From a virus: a DNA stretch of 64,000 bases. The stretch lies in IMG/VR virus record IMGVR_UViG_3300045971_000528, positions 1 through 64,000 of that record; one strand, written 5' to 3'. The notes under the pieces were generated by a model. That model was not told the origin of the DNA. It did no database searches and saw nothing but the letters and a program-made list of their open reading frames with translations. A program made the translations under genes and the position numbers. Each line of letters starts with the position of its first letter. Positions within the stretch are counted from its first letter, which is position 1. Below are positions 8,943 through 18,456 of this stretch, one piece after another.

Positions 8943-9926
8943 TTACGGTGCAGCGCGGGTGCGGGTTCTGGGGGCTGGTGCAGGAGGAGCTGCTGGTGCA
9001 GCGGCAACGCCAGACAACTCGTCAATGAGTGCCTTCAGCTTTGTGGCAGTGGCAGTTTGCATCTTCCACTTGTTCTTCTTCATCAAGAGCAAGTTAGCAT
9101 TGACCTGTGCAACAGCTTGGTTGTACGTGGTTGGCACGACAGCAGGAGCAGCAGGGGCTGGAGCACCACCGGCAGCTGCGGAAGCGGCCGCAGGAGCAGC
9201 GGAACCACCAGCAGAAGCTGCAGCAGGAGCAGGAGTACTTGCGGCGGCAGGTGCAGAACCGCCTGCTGCTCCAGCAGGCGTGGAGCCGTCAGCGGCAGGA
9301 GCGGCTGCGCCACCATCACCATGACCGCTGTGCGGATCGGTATCAGCAGCGTGTGTTGCACGGGTCTGTTGGCTTGCAGCACTCACGAGGTCGAACAGCC
9401 GCTTGTCCAAAGTTGGATCATAGGTGACCGTCAGGATCTCGGCACCAGTAGGCACAGGTTGACTTAGATCAACTGCGATGGAGATCTTGGCCAGTGGGGA
9501 TGTCGACTTTGGCTTGAGGATGCCAGGATTTTCGTAGACAGAGAGGGCGCGGTGGTCATGTGACATCACAACGCTGAAGGTCTTTGGGCCTGCATTGAAC
9601 AACTTGGCGATCTCGGCATTCATGGTGCCGATGACGGCATCAGCAGCTTTGGTTGCCTTGTCAGGACCATCAGGAATTGCAGCAACCTTGCGAGCAGCAC
9701 CGGCATTCGCAGTGCGAACAAGTTGAGCCAAGCCAGTTTCGAAGGCCTTGCCGGCTTCCTTGGCGTTCTTGCCAGAGCGGGCAAACCAGCCAAGTTCTTC
9801 CTTGCCACGGCCGCTTACGAAGCCCTTGGCAATGCGACCGATGTTCTTGACAACGTCAACGACGCCTTCATCAAGGTCATCTTGAAGATCTTGGTCAATG
9901 GTTTTGAGCAGTGTGAATTCGTCCAT
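8943..9926 (-). CDS. Ala/Pro-rich late protein, possible head internal protein
   Basis: Acidic leader ending LDE-G; AP-rich linker; TAAATA near 9951. Confidence 0.7.
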   Translation of the reverse strand: MDEFTLLKTIDQDLQDDLDEGVVDVVKNIGRIAKGFVSGRGKEELGWFARSGKNAKEAGKAFETGLAQLVRTANAGAARKVAAIPDGPDKATKAADAVIGTMNAEIAKLFNAGPKTFSVVMSHDHRALSVYENPGILKPKSTSPLAKISIAVDLSQPVPTGAEILTVTYDPTLDKRLFDLVSAASQQTRATHAADTDPHSGHGDGGAAAPAADGSTPAGAAGGSAPAAASTPAPAAASAGGSAAPAAASAAAGGAPAPAAPAVVPTTYNQAVAQVNANLLLMKKNKWKMQTATATKLKALIDELSGVAAAPAAPPAPAPRTRTRAAP

Positions 9927-9973
9927 GGAAACTCCGTACGGGTAGTACGGTATTTATGCTGGCGGTAACAAAG

Positions 9974-9994
9974 AAGGGACCCTGTGGGTCCCTT
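9974..9994 (-). terminator. Intrinsic terminator
   Basis: AAGGGACCC/GGGTCCCTT stem then CTTTGTT. Confidence 0.6.
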
Positions 9995-10016
9995 ACAAGA
10001 AGATCCATTTGGATCT

Positions 10017-10271
10017 TTACTGGATTTGGATGAAGTCGGGAATTTTTGGGATGCCCGTTTCGATTGTGATTTTTGAGGCAGGCAGCACTGGGACCTCTGA
10101 AGGGGGAGGTGGTGCTTGTGCTTGTAGCGCGAACTGCTTCAATGCGCTTTCGAAGTTCTTCTTGGCGGCTAGGAAAATGTCTATGCCGTACAGATTGCTA
10201 AGGGTAGCAGTTGCTACCATCTCTTGTGCCAACTTTGCTAGTTGGTCTTCTGTTATGAGTTCGGCGGACAT
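10017..10271 (-). CDS. Hypothetical protein (SAHGYDQF family, divergent copy)
   Basis: ITEDQL..LAQEMVATA..NLYGIDIFLAAK resembles the 10274 and 13549 proteins. Confidence 0.6.
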   Translation of the reverse strand: MSAELITEDQLAKLAQEMVATATLSNLYGIDIFLAAKKNFESALKQFALQAQAPPPPSEVPVLPASKITIETGIPKIPDFIQIQ

Positions 10272-10273
10272 GA

Positions 10274-10498
10274 TCAGGCGTCTGTGGGTTTGGTGTCACG
10301 AGCTTCAAACACTGCGTGGATCATCATGATGTATTTGCAACGAGCTTGGATAAATTGGTCATACCCATGCGCGCTGAATGCGGCTGCTGCAGCGGCCATC
10401 GCGTCTGCAGCATTTACCAATTCCTCTTCACAAAAACCAGAGAATTGGCAGTTGGGACGATCTGGGCAATCGGCGCGGCCCAATGGTTGTTCATTCAT
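10274..10498 (-). CDS. Hypothetical protein (SAHGYDQF family)
   Basis: ADAMAAAAAAFSAHGYDQFIQAR shared with 13549-13746. Confidence 0.7.
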   Translation of the reverse strand: MNEQPLGRADCPDRPNCQFSGFCEEELVNAADAMAAAAAAFSAHGYDQFIQARCKYIMMIHAVFEARDTKPTDA

Positions 10499-10934
10499 AG
10501 TGTCTCCTTAATTTCGAGGGTGGAAGATTCCGGGACCGTATGGGAGTTGATAGCGGGTAAAGTGTCTGATGTCGATCTCCTAGTTGACACACACGAAGGA
10601 ACAACTCCATCGCATTGCGCTGCTTATTTAATGTGCATCAACCAAGTCACCCAAAATACTTCGAACCCTGCGGGCCAGCTTGGCCTTAGCAGCCTTGCTG
10701 GCCAGGACAACTGGCACTATTACCGGATCTGGGCAGACCCATCTAGCACGCTTGCCATCGGGCTTTAGCGGCTGTCGTGGTGGGAAACCTAGCGCAACAA
10801 GCAATGCTTGGCGATCAAGTACGGTGAGCGCGTCTACAACTATTACCTTGATAAGCGCAGCTCGTTGCTCTGGCGGCGATTTCTGTTGCATCTTGATCAT
10901 CCTCGGTGGTGTGGTGGCTTACTCGTCCTCTCGT

Positions 10935-12134
10935 TTAGTTCAGCTTCAAGATCGTCAGGTGCGCAGAGACCGAGCGAGTTCCACCTGCAAGAGGCGTGAT
11001 CGTCAGCGCTGTGGAATTCCCGGCTGGGTTCCGCACGGTCAGAATAGAGTTGATCACCGAGGTGGTGACTAGCGCGACTCCCTCAATCTGACTGGTGCCG
11101 GTTGCCCGACCAACAACTGTGTACGCCAAGTCGTTGCCGTTCAGTGTCAGAATGAGCTGGCCTGGTTCGGTGATGCTGACTTGGAACTGAACCAAGTACG
11201 TCCCGATCGTCGTCAGGCTGAATGAGCTTGCCGATAGACGAGCGATCGTTGAGCCTGAAGTAGGGCCGTTCTGCGGAAATGAAACGTCAGTGCCAACTCC
11301 AACTGTCGACGCGTTGTTCGGCGGCATCAGCGCGTAGAAGTCAGCGAATGCGATTACGCCATGCTCACTATCACCGCCAGCGGGACCCTGTGGACCTGTT
11401 GCGCCTTGAGGCCCAGCTGGACCTGTCGCTCCCTGTGGACCCGCAGGACCTGTTGCGCCAGTTGTACCTTGTGGGCCCGTTGCACCTGTTAGACCGATCG
11501 GTCCAGCAGGGCCAGTTGCCCCGTTCGTTCCGTTCGTTCCATTCTGACCTGCTGGACCTTGTGGACCCGTTGCTCCATCAGCACCTGCTGGACCTTGTGG
11601 ACCCGTTGCTCCATCAGCACCTGCTGGACCAGTTAGTCCTTGGGGTCCAGTGAGACCTTGAGGACCAATAGGACCGGCTGGACCTTGAGCTCCATTGGTT
11701 CCAGGCGAGCCAGCAGGACCTTGAGTTCCATCACGCCCGTCTCTACCATCACGCCCGTCGCGGCCATCTGTACCAGAAGGACCTTGTGGTCCAGCAGGAC
11801 CTTGTGGACCAACAGGTCCAGGTGGGCCAGGTGGGCAGATAGGTGGGCAGGGGTATACAGGAAAGCAACCACCCGGCGGCTTCCTCGGGAAGCTTTCATC
11901 GTCGTTACAATCGACTGGCGGCTTCGGCGGGCATGGGGGTTGGCCACCGCCGCCACCTACATTGCTCTCACTTGGAGCGTTCGTGATAGGTGTAAACCCC
12001 GATGAGATGATCGGTGCAGTGATGCCTGGAATGTTTGTGTCTGGGCCTGATGTAGTTTCAACAGGCGATCGAGCCTTCGCACGCGTTAGAACGTCGTTCA
12101 GCTCAATGAGGTATCGTTCAGTAGTTGCGAGCAT
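10935..12134 (-). CDS. Collagen-like protein with BclA-type C-terminal domain
   Basis: About 50 Gly-X-Y triplets (GPQGPAGA..), Pro/Cys-rich neck, C-terminal beta domain ([28 protein letters not shown]). Confidence 0.85.
   Translation of the reverse strand: MLATTERYLIELNDVLTRAKARSPVETTSGPDTNIPGITAPIISSGFTPITNAPSESNVGGGGGQPPCPPKPPVDCNDDESFPRKPPGGCFPVYPCPPICPPGPPGPVGPQGPAGPQGPSGTDGRDGRDGRDGRDGTQGPAGSPGTNGAQGPAGPIGPQGLTGPQGLTGPAGADGATGPQGPAGADGATGPQGPAGQNGTNGTNGATGPAGPIGLTGATGPQGTTGATGPAGPQGATGPAGPQGATGPQGPAGGDSEHGVIAFADFYALMPPNNASTVGVGTDVSFPQNGPTSGSTIARLSASSFSLTTIGTYLVQFQVSITEPGQLILTLNGNDLAYTVVGRATGTSQIEGVALVTTSVINSILTVRNPAGNSTALTITPLAGGTRSVSAHLTILKLN
11548..11619. repeat. 36-bp tandem duplication within the collagen repeats
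   Basis: cctgctggaccttgtggacccgttgctccatcagca present twice in tandem. Confidence 0.8.
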
Positions 12135-12136
12135 AA

Positions 12137-12421
12137 TTACCCCTGTGCATCAAGCCTTGCGATGATTTGAGAAATTGCAAGTTCAATGGCAGCAAGACGT
12201 TCTTCAAGTCCATCGGGGCAACCCGGGCCTGGGGGTCCAGGTGGTCCGGGCGGGCCTTGTGGCCCTGGAAACATCGAACCGATGTTGATGATGTCATCTC
12301 CACTTGTAAGATAAGCACCCGCAATGTCCAGCGCTTCTAACGCACAGACCGGCCCGCTAGCTCTGCACCTTGTGAGAACTTGCGTCAACTCGATTAGCTG
12401 TCGCCCTGATGAATCTACCAT
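12137..12421 (-). CDS. Short collagen-motif protein; N-terminus paralogous to 10935-12134
   Basis: [15 protein letters not shown] vs [15 protein letters not shown]; [14 protein letters not shown]. Confidence 0.7.
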   Translation of the reverse strand: MVDSSGRQLIELTQVLTRCRASGPVCALEALDIAGAYLTSGDDIINIGSMFPGPQGPPGPPGPPGPGCPDGLEERLAAIELAISQIIARLDAQG

Positions 12422-12501
12422 GCTCCACCACCATTGTTCTTCTTTTGTTTGGGTGGGGCGGACCCCCTCCGAGGTCCGCGCTATGTTATGCTAGTGCTCG
12501 A

Positions 12502-13428
12502 TTAACGAACTTGATTGCTCGTTGTCGTTTGGCCAACGCCTGACATGGAACCGAAGTTCACCATGCCTTGACGCGTTTCCTGCAGTTGGCTTTGGAAAGC
12601 CTGCAGTGCGCTGTTCACGGCTGCGAACTGGCTGTTGCCATGCTGGTTCTGCCAGTAGCCGCAACGATCACGCTCAGAGACGAGGGCTGCGTTACGCTCG
12701 ATGAGCTCACGGTTCAGCTGTTCCATCTTGAGTTCGTTCACGAGGGCACGTGTTGCATTGCCGTCAGCAACGATCTGTTGGCCCAGGAGAGCCGATGCGA
12801 GCTGTGTTGCAGCTGCATTCTTCGCACCTTCGAGAGCCGTCGCTGCTTGGCCGTTTTGGGCTGCGGAGTTGATGGCGCTGAGAGTGTTCGCGAACTGCAT
12901 GTCGGTACCAGCCTTGAGGGCTGCGACAGCTGTAGCGTTGTTGAACGCGTACTGTTGCTGGGCGATGAAGTACGCCGTGTCTTGAGCGACGACGCGGTCA
13001 GCTTCGGTACCAGTGCGGTCCGAATTTGCCCATGCCGCAGTCTTGACGATGTCATTCGTGTCTGCTGCTTCCTTGGCGGTCTCACGACGGATGTCAGAGC
13101 CTGAAGCCAGGGTTGTTGCACGAATTGCGCCGCTTTCGAAAGCAACATCACGACGGATGTTGGCTTCAGATTGCTGGCTCTCACGACGGATGTCAGCCTG
13201 ACCTTGGAGGTTTGCTGTTTCGTCGAGTTGGCCCGTTACGGTGCCGGTTACGATGTCTGCCATTTTGGATACCCTTTCAGTTGCAGTTTCAGCCGAAGTT
13301 GTGGCCTTGCTGCTATCATTTGAAATAATGGGCTGGACGACACTTGCTACAACTGCCGGTGCTGGTGTGATTTGTTGGCTTGTGGCCCGCAAATTCGCCA
13401 TCAGGTTGGTGTTGTCTTCGGTGAGCAT
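12502..13428 (-). CDS. Ala/Gln/Thr-rich helical protein with internal (A/S)(D/N)IRR repeats
   Basis: 308 aa ORF; ADIRRE, ANIRRD, SDIRRE repeats; start could be 13263. Confidence 0.75.
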   Translation of the reverse strand: MLTEDNTNLMANLRATSQQITPAPAVVASVVQPIISNDSSKATTSAETATERVSKMADIVTGTVTGQLDETANLQGQADIRRESQQSEANIRRDVAFESGAIRATTLASGSDIRRETAKEAADTNDIVKTAAWANSDRTGTEADRVVAQDTAYFIAQQQYAFNNATAVAALKAGTDMQFANTLSAINSAAQNGQAATALEGAKNAAATQLASALLGQQIVADGNATRALVNELKMEQLNRELIERNAALVSERDRCGYWQNQHGNSQFAAVNSALQAFQSQLQETRQGMVNFGSMSGVGQTTTSNQVR

Positions 13429-13548
13429 ACAGTTCCATTGCTTGCATCAAGCTTACGCTTGGTGTCTGAGCGGTGTAACGTCACCGGTACCGTTGTGGTT
13501 GGTTCCACAATCCTTGTCAGATCTCTTTGGATCTGTTTCTGACTGTAT

Positions 13549-13746
13549 TTACAGTGGATCGCCCAGAATACAAATAGGCACGACGGGCGGTGCTGAGAAC
13601 AGAATGCGGTTTGTCGAGATGAAGAGTTCTCGTGCGAGGATGAATTGGTCGTAACCGTGCGCCGAAAAACAGGTGGCGGCGGCAGCCATACTGTCAGCGA
13701 GAGCCAGCATCACTTCTTCGGTGATGCGATCGCTGGTGTTGTTCAT
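13549..13746 (-). CDS. Hypothetical protein (SAHGYDQF family)
   Basis: LADSMAAAATCFSAHGYDQFILARE; GGGAG SD; TAAATA upstream. Confidence 0.7.
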   Translation of the reverse strand: MNNTSDRITEEVMLALADSMAAAATCFSAHGYDQFILARELFISTNRILFSAPPVVPICILGDPL

Positions 13747-13898
13747 GTGTGGACTCCCTTGTGAACGGTGGTGAGCGGTGTGCTCTCAAGGGTATTTAGG
13801 CTTGCCGCTTCGTCTGTACCGTACGGTACAGACCTCAACCTACTAAGATATCAATAAGACATAGGAGGCATGTCCGGGACAGAATTCAGGTTGACACA

Positions 13899-13922
13899 GA
13901 AAAGGGCCCGAAGGCCCTTTTC
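13899..13922 (-). terminator. cUUCGg intrinsic terminator after the cytochrome cluster
   Basis: AAAAGGGCC-TTCG-GGCCCTTTT. Confidence 0.85.
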
Positions 13923-13939
13923 ATCATCGTAGGTGCTGC

Positions 13940-14665
13940 TTATGCGAGCATCTTCTGCACTGCAGTCAGTGCATACTTCAAGAGAGTGTCGTAGGCCTGA
14001 GCGCACTTGAATGCTGCACTCGTCGAGTGGCACTGCTCGCACTGGTCTACAGTCACTGGGTGACCAGCAGTGTAGGCAGCCTTGCCCTTGGCAATCACGT
14101 TGTCGTGGCAGGTGACACAACCAGAAGTGACGCCAGCGTGGATCTGGTCATGCGACACGGTGTCCCATGCAGTGATCGCGAAGCTTGAACCATTTGCTGG
14201 AGTCGTGTGGCAGGTGCCGCACTCAGCAGTTGTTGGAACGTGGTTCGTTGGCTTTGTCAGAGCGTTGTACACCGATGCGTACGTACCACCGTGGCACTGC
14301 GAGCAAGCGATGTTGCTGACTGTTGAGTGGTTCATCGACCAAGTCGTGGTGAACGACGAGGTGAAGTGGCAGTTGTTGCACTCGAGCAGACCCGTTGGGA
14401 TGTGGTTTGCTGAGCGGGCGACGGTGACTCGTGCTGGGTCACCATTGTGGCATGCTACACAGTTCTTTGGTGTTCCGAGGAACACGCCAGCCTTGTGGCA
14501 TGATGCGCACGTGTTACACTTCCCAGTCGAGAGGTGTGCTCCATCGAGCGTAAAGTTCGGGTGCGATTGCTCGTACATCGAACATTCAGCCGCATGGGCG
14601 CCAGTGGAAGCGAACATGCTTCCAAGGAGGACCACCGCGGCTGCAAGTAGTTTTTTCAAGGACAT
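13940..14665 (-). CDS. Secreted multiheme c-type cytochrome (7 CxxCH)
   Basis: Signal peptide; CASCH, CVACH, CNNCH, CSQCH, CGTCH, CVTCH, CEQCH; H(I/V)PT repeats. Confidence 0.9.
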   Translation of the reverse strand: MSLKKLLAAAVVLLGSMFASTGAHAAECSMYEQSHPNFTLDGAHLSTGKCNTCASCHKAGVFLGTPKNCVACHNGDPARVTVARSANHIPTGLLECNNCHFTSSFTTTWSMNHSTVSNIACSQCHGGTYASVYNALTKPTNHVPTTAECGTCHTTPANGSSFAITAWDTVSHDQIHAGVTSGCVTCHDNVIAKGKAAYTAGHPVTVDQCEQCHSTSAAFKCAQAYDTLLKYALTAVQKMLA

Positions 14666-14724
14666 CAGAATCTCCGTTACAAAAAGACGTCGTATTTATT
14701 GCCGGCCGCTGCTAGATACGCATT

Positions 14725-15405
14725 TTAGTTGTCCCAATTCCTGTACATCGTGCCGCGATTTCCGAGAGGCCGGTGGCACCCCACCTGTGAGCAATCGAGC
14801 GGAACGGGATTGCGTTGGAAATGCGTAAGCGACATCAACTCTCCATGACCGAGCCAAGTCTGTCCTGACAAGTGGCAGCCCTTGCACCAGCCTGCGCCGG
14901 ATCCAACGGTTCCATTGTGGTTCATCGTGACAGTAGTCCACACTGTGGTAGACGTGTGGCATGCCTTACAGTCGAGTGTTGAACCACCTAGAAGCTGCGT
15001 CGCTTCAGGGATGTGTTTGATTGGTTCGCCGAGAGCGCCAGCCCCGGTGTAGCTGCCATTGTGGCAGGTCTTGCACAACATCGTCGTCACCTTCGTGTGG
15101 CTGAATGTCGATGGCGTGAATGCGACTGTCGAATGGCAAGAGGCACAGTCCATCGTGCCGGTTGGAATGTGTGAAGCTGATCGATACACGGTGTTGCGTG
15201 CAGGATCTCCATTGTGGCAGTCGATGCAGTTCCTTGGTGTTCCGTTGAAGATCCGATTGATGTGACAAGATCCGCAGGTGGTGCACTTTCCGGTAGAGAG
15301 GTGGGCACCCGAGAGAATGTATAGTGGATGCGACTGTTCGTAGAGTGTGCACTCAGCGCCAAAAGCCGGCATGCAGAACATCAGGAGTAGAAGTATGAGT
15401 CTCAT
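14725..15405 (-). CDS. Secreted multiheme c-type cytochrome (6 CxxCH + CX4CH)
   Basis: Signal peptide; CGSCH, CIDCH, CASCH, CKTCH, CKACH, CKGCH, CSQVGCH; paralogue of 13940. Confidence 0.9.
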   Translation of the reverse strand: MRLILLLLMFCMPAFGAECTLYEQSHPLYILSGAHLSTGKCTTCGSCHINRIFNGTPRNCIDCHNGDPARNTVYRSASHIPTGTMDCASCHSTVAFTPSTFSHTKVTTMLCKTCHNGSYTGAGALGEPIKHIPEATQLLGGSTLDCKACHTSTTVWTTVTMNHNGTVGSGAGWCKGCHLSGQTWLGHGELMSLTHFQRNPVPLDCSQVGCHRPLGNRGTMYRNWDN

Positions 15406-15406
15406 G

Positions 15407-17428
15407 TTAGAAGTCGGTGCGGACGCCGAGGTAGAATGATTGGTTGTAGGAAGTCACATTCGCTGCATTCAGCAGATCAAGAAGGCTAGTGCGAGTGATG
15501 CTGAAGGCAGTGTCAAGAGCGAGCGACTCTGAGAAATAGTAGTTCAGTCGGACTGAAAGCCCTGTGTTCGTGGTTAGCAAGCCTGGTTGGGTGCGAACAA
15601 AGTATCGACCGAGAAGTTCGAAGCTCATCTGACCGTACTTGAAGTTGTCGACGACCGTGATCGAGGTTCCACGCCCACCACCGAACATGAAGCTCGTGAT
15701 GACATTCAAGTTGTTGCCCTTGTACCAAGTATCAGTGCCAGATAGCATCAAGTTCAGCGTGGTGTTCTTGCCAGTTCCAGCCTGCGAAGTGATCGAAGCT
15801 GGCAGATCGAGTGTAGAGATTTGGTCGATGCTAGTACCCGAGATGCTGGACACCTGAATGTCGGAACCGAGAGTCCACTTTGGTGTCAGTGTCGTGGTGG
15901 TGCCGAGCATGAATGTCGTGCTCATCGGTGTAGAGCCGGCGATGTACTTGTAGATCTGATCTTGCGACAGACCAGAGTTCGCGAACACATCACCTACTGA
16001 TGTGAACGGCTTCCGATCGATGGTGCCGAAGCCCAACATCGTTGAACGTTCAGCGAACAGAACAGGTGCCTTACGATGATCGATCATGAAGTACGGCGAC
16101 GTGAACCCAAGGGATGTGCGGCCCTGGAACATGAGAGTGTTCAACGCCTTGTACAACAGATCGTACTCGACAATGAGTGAGGAACTCAGCTGTTGGCTTG
16201 ATTGGAACACCTCGACACCGACAGCTTGTCGTTCTGCGTGTCCGTCAGCGATGCTGTGATTGTAGTACAGATCTCCTGAGAACTTTTCAGTGTCCAACTG
16301 GTAACCTACGCCAAAGAACTTCCGACTTGTCGACGAGGTCCCGACATAAGGCACGCCTCCCAGAAGGACAACCTTTGACTTTGGATCCATTGCGTAGTTT
16401 GCCACAATCCCATCGAATCTGCCAAGCGTGCCGTAACCCGAGGTCATACGACCGACCTTGATGCCCATGTCTCGGAAAGTGTCTTGCACGTCCACCGACA
16501 CGGTCGATAGATTCTGCTTCGACGATTCAGGGTGCATGAGGTTGTCGGTGCGTGAGTATCGAATGGCCACCTTCGTGGTGATCTCGTCTGCTCGATACGT
16601 TCCGGTGACACGACCGTTTGTAATCAGCGCGGAGTCGGATCGCTGAAAACTGGTGGCTGAGGGAGAGTTCGAGCTGATGTAGTAGTACTCAGACACTGAG
16701 GCGGCCGTCTTTGCATCGACACCTTGGTGTGGTTGTCGTGCCTCGAACCGGCTTGCGATCACCTTCGGTTGAGCAATCTCCAGTGAGATAAGCCGCTGCT
16801 GGATCCGCTTGAACTCAGGGCTGTCAGGGTACATCGTCAGGTAGAACTTGTACTCAGCCTTGGCCTTCTCGAACTTGCCTGCCTTCTCTTGTGCGAAGCC
16901 TGCGAGTTCCTGTGCCTCCATCGTGGCAGCAGTTGGTGACATCATCAAGATGGCGTTCAGCGATTCGAGTGCATCATCAGTGTCGCCGTTCTCTGCAAGC
17001 ACCTTCTTTGCCAATGCAAGCAGCTCCTCGGGTGTTCGCTTGTTGGTGATCATGACCACCTCTGGTTGCTGAGCTTCGGCTACCACGACAGTGAGAACGT
17101 TTTCACGCAGCAAGATGCGGTATGGCATGCGATGATCGAGGGTGATCACGATGCGCGTGCGGTCAGGTGTTGCGAGAACCTTCACCTCTCGAGTGTGTGG
17201 CTTGTCAAGGAATTCCTGATCACGCTTCTCTGGGCCCTTGGAGGGCAGATCTACTACGATCCGATACGGTGCTTCCAGCTCGAAAACGGTGGGCGGCCCA
17301 GCGACTGGATCAGTGAATGAGATCTTGGTGATCTCGGCATTTTCCGATGCGCGCACCACAATGCTCTGCAGAGAATTCGCACTGCAGATCGAGGTGATGA
17401 AAAGCAAAGGAAGAAGTATCCACCGCAC
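15407..17428 (-). CDS. AMIN + TPR + outer-membrane beta-barrel protein (porin partner of the cytochromes)
   Basis: Signal peptide; F.L..P.RIVVDL and TRIVITLD (AMIN); AKAEYKFYLTMYPDS (TPR); GRFDG and amphipathic strands; C-terminal YLGVRTDF BAM signal; GTG start chosen to avoid overlapping tRNAs. Confidence 0.8.
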   Translation of the reverse strand: MRWILLPLLFITSICSANSLQSIVVRASENAEITKISFTDPVAGPPTVFELEAPYRIVVDLPSKGPEKRDQEFLDKPHTREVKVLATPDRTRIVITLDHRMPYRILLRENVLTVVVAEAQQPEVVMITNKRTPEELLALAKKVLAENGDTDDALESLNAILMMSPTAATMEAQELAGFAQEKAGKFEKAKAEYKFYLTMYPDSPEFKRIQQRLISLEIAQPKVIASRFEARQPHQGVDAKTAASVSEYYYISSNSPSATSFQRSDSALITNGRVTGTYRADEITTKVAIRYSRTDNLMHPESSKQNLSTVSVDVQDTFRDMGIKVGRMTSGYGTLGRFDGIVANYAMDPKSKVVLLGGVPYVGTSSTSRKFFGVGYQLDTEKFSGDLYYNHSIADGHAERQAVGVEVFQSSQQLSSSLIVEYDLLYKALNTLMFQGRTSLGFTSPYFMIDHRKAPVLFAERSTMLGFGTIDRKPFTSVGDVFANSGLSQDQIYKYIAGSTPMSTTFMLGTTTTLTPKWTLGSDIQVSSISGTSIDQISTLDLPASITSQAGTGKNTTLNLMLSGTDTWYKGNNLNVITSFMFGGGRGTSITVVDNFKYGQMSFELLGRYFVRTQPGLLTTNTGLSVRLNYYFSESLALDTAFSITRTSLLDLLNAANVTSYNQSFYLGVRTDF

Positions 17429-17475
17429 AAGTGATCCAAGCGTGAACTGCGTCACACTATTTAAGGGATGGTATG

Positions 17476-17551
17476 TGGTACGTCCGAGTGGGTTCGAACC
17501 ACCGGCCTTCGCCTTCGGAGGGCGATGCTCTTCCAACTGAGCTACGGACGT
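17476..17551 (-). tRNA. tRNA-Arg(CCG)
   Basis: Canonical cloverleaf, UCGCC-CU CCG AA-GGCGA, encoded CCA. Confidence 0.9.
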
Positions 17552-17557
17552 ATTGTT

Positions 17558-17629
17558 TGGACCCTCCGGAGGGATTCGAACCCACGTTCCACGGCTTAGA
17601 AGGCTTGGCCCGTTCCAATCGGCGGAGAG
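17558..17629 (-). tRNA. tRNA-Arg(UCU), atypical
   Basis: Acceptor and T arms intact, loop CU UCU AA, CCA end; no 8-9 linker before the D arm and mismatched anticodon stem. Confidence 0.6.
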
Positions 17630-17630
17630 A

Positions 17631-17948
17631 TTATGGTTGTCGTTTGATCTTGTCGAGTTCCTCTTGAATGAACTGTTCTGTTGAGCGTTCATCCTTAGGT
17701 GGCTCGCACTGATGTCGAATCGATCCGAAGAAAGCTGCGATGTTCTCGCTGTTCTTGCCGAGAGTCTGCATGACCTCGACCGATGCAAACAGCATCACAC
17801 CGCAGATGATCAAATACACGAGGAACGAATTGCTCTCGTCAGGCTCCGGCAGGAACTTCTTGAATAGACCCTTCATCTTGAACACAACCGCCACCAGAAT
17901 GGCGATGGTGATGAGGACTACCCAGATTGATGTAGGAATACCGCACAT
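17631..17948 (-). CDS. Hypothetical two-TM membrane protein
   Basis: Two hydrophobic helices; ATG 4 nt after TAAATA. Confidence 0.7.
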   Translation of the reverse strand: MCGIPTSIWVVLITIAILVAVVFKMKGLFKKFLPEPDESNSFLVYLIICGVMLFASVEVMQTLGKNSENIAAFFGSIRHQCEPPKDERSTEQFIQEELDKIKRQP

Positions 17949-17969
17949 CAACTATTTATGGAGCGTTGC

Positions 17970-18137
17970 TCAGAGCGCTGCGATCTGAGCACGAAGCTCG
18001 GCGATTTGACGCGTCTTGCCTGGGACATTGATCTCGGCAGCGGACGAAGACTTCTTCTGAAGCGAGAGACGCAGTTCGGTCTCGAGGGCTTGCAGGCGCT
18101 CAGTCAGTTTGAGCTTCTTCTTGTCGGCGTTTGCCAT
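17970..18137 (-). CDS. Small coiled-coil protein (55 aa)
   Basis: MANADKKKLKLTERLQALETELRL...; GGAG SD; below the ORF-track cutoff. Confidence 0.65.
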   Translation of the reverse strand: MANADKKKLKLTERLQALETELRLSLQKKSSSAAEINVPGKTRQIAELRAQIAAL

Positions 18138-18156
18138 GATGAACTCCAGTGTTGAT

Positions 18157-18230
18157 TGGTAGGAGCACTGAGAATCGAACTCAGGCCATCCGGGTAAAAG
18201 CCGGAGACGCTGCCATTACGTCATACTCCC
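18157..18230 (-). tRNA. tRNA-Lys(UUU)
   Basis: UCCGG-CU UUU AC-CCGGA, CCA end. Confidence 0.9.
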
Positions 18231-18238
18231 ATGGAATT

Positions 18239-18363
18239 TGGTGGTGATGGAAGGAATCGAACCTCCCCTGGCTTTGGATGATAAAGATAACCAATCGCGG
18301 CCGGTTGTTTTGCAACTAAAAATGCAATCGATGTTTCCGTGCTGTCCACTACACTACATCACC
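18239..18363 (-). ncRNA. tRNA-shaped RNA with a Y-RNA-like module in place of the anticodon arm
   Basis: Acceptor GGUGAUG/CAUCACC-ACCA, normal D and T arms, ~70-nt insert with CAACCGG..UUGGUUAUC. Confidence 0.7.
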
Positions 18364-18374
18364 ATTGTTCTTTG

Positions 18375-18450
18375 TGGTGCCCCATTGGGGAGTCGAACCC
18401 CATCCCACGGACTACAAAACCGTTGTGCACTCCTCATTCACTCACGGGGC
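18375..18450 (-). tRNA. tRNA-Thr(UGU)
   Basis: GCCCCGU/AUGGGGC-ACCA; ACGGU-UU UGU AG-UCCGU. Confidence 0.8.
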
Positions 18451-18456
18451 ATTGTT

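Noticed and set aside
13940-17428. Bacterial chromosomal origin of the window, suggested by the cytochromes, BLUF and PEP-CTERM genes
   Set aside because: The cytochrome cluster and the MHFG gene carry the same TAAATA promoter motif as flanking phage-type genes, cUUCGg terminators recur throughout, and no housekeeping operons are present.
17429-17788. N-terminal extension of the 793 aa ORF (and likewise 21303-21548 of the GIY-YIG ORF)
   Set aside because: The extensions run through tRNA genes; a signal peptide or SD defines the later starts.
18239-18363. Intron-containing tRNA
   Set aside because: The insert is far too short for a group I intron, no recoverable anticodon loop was found, and it carries the Y-RNA motif.
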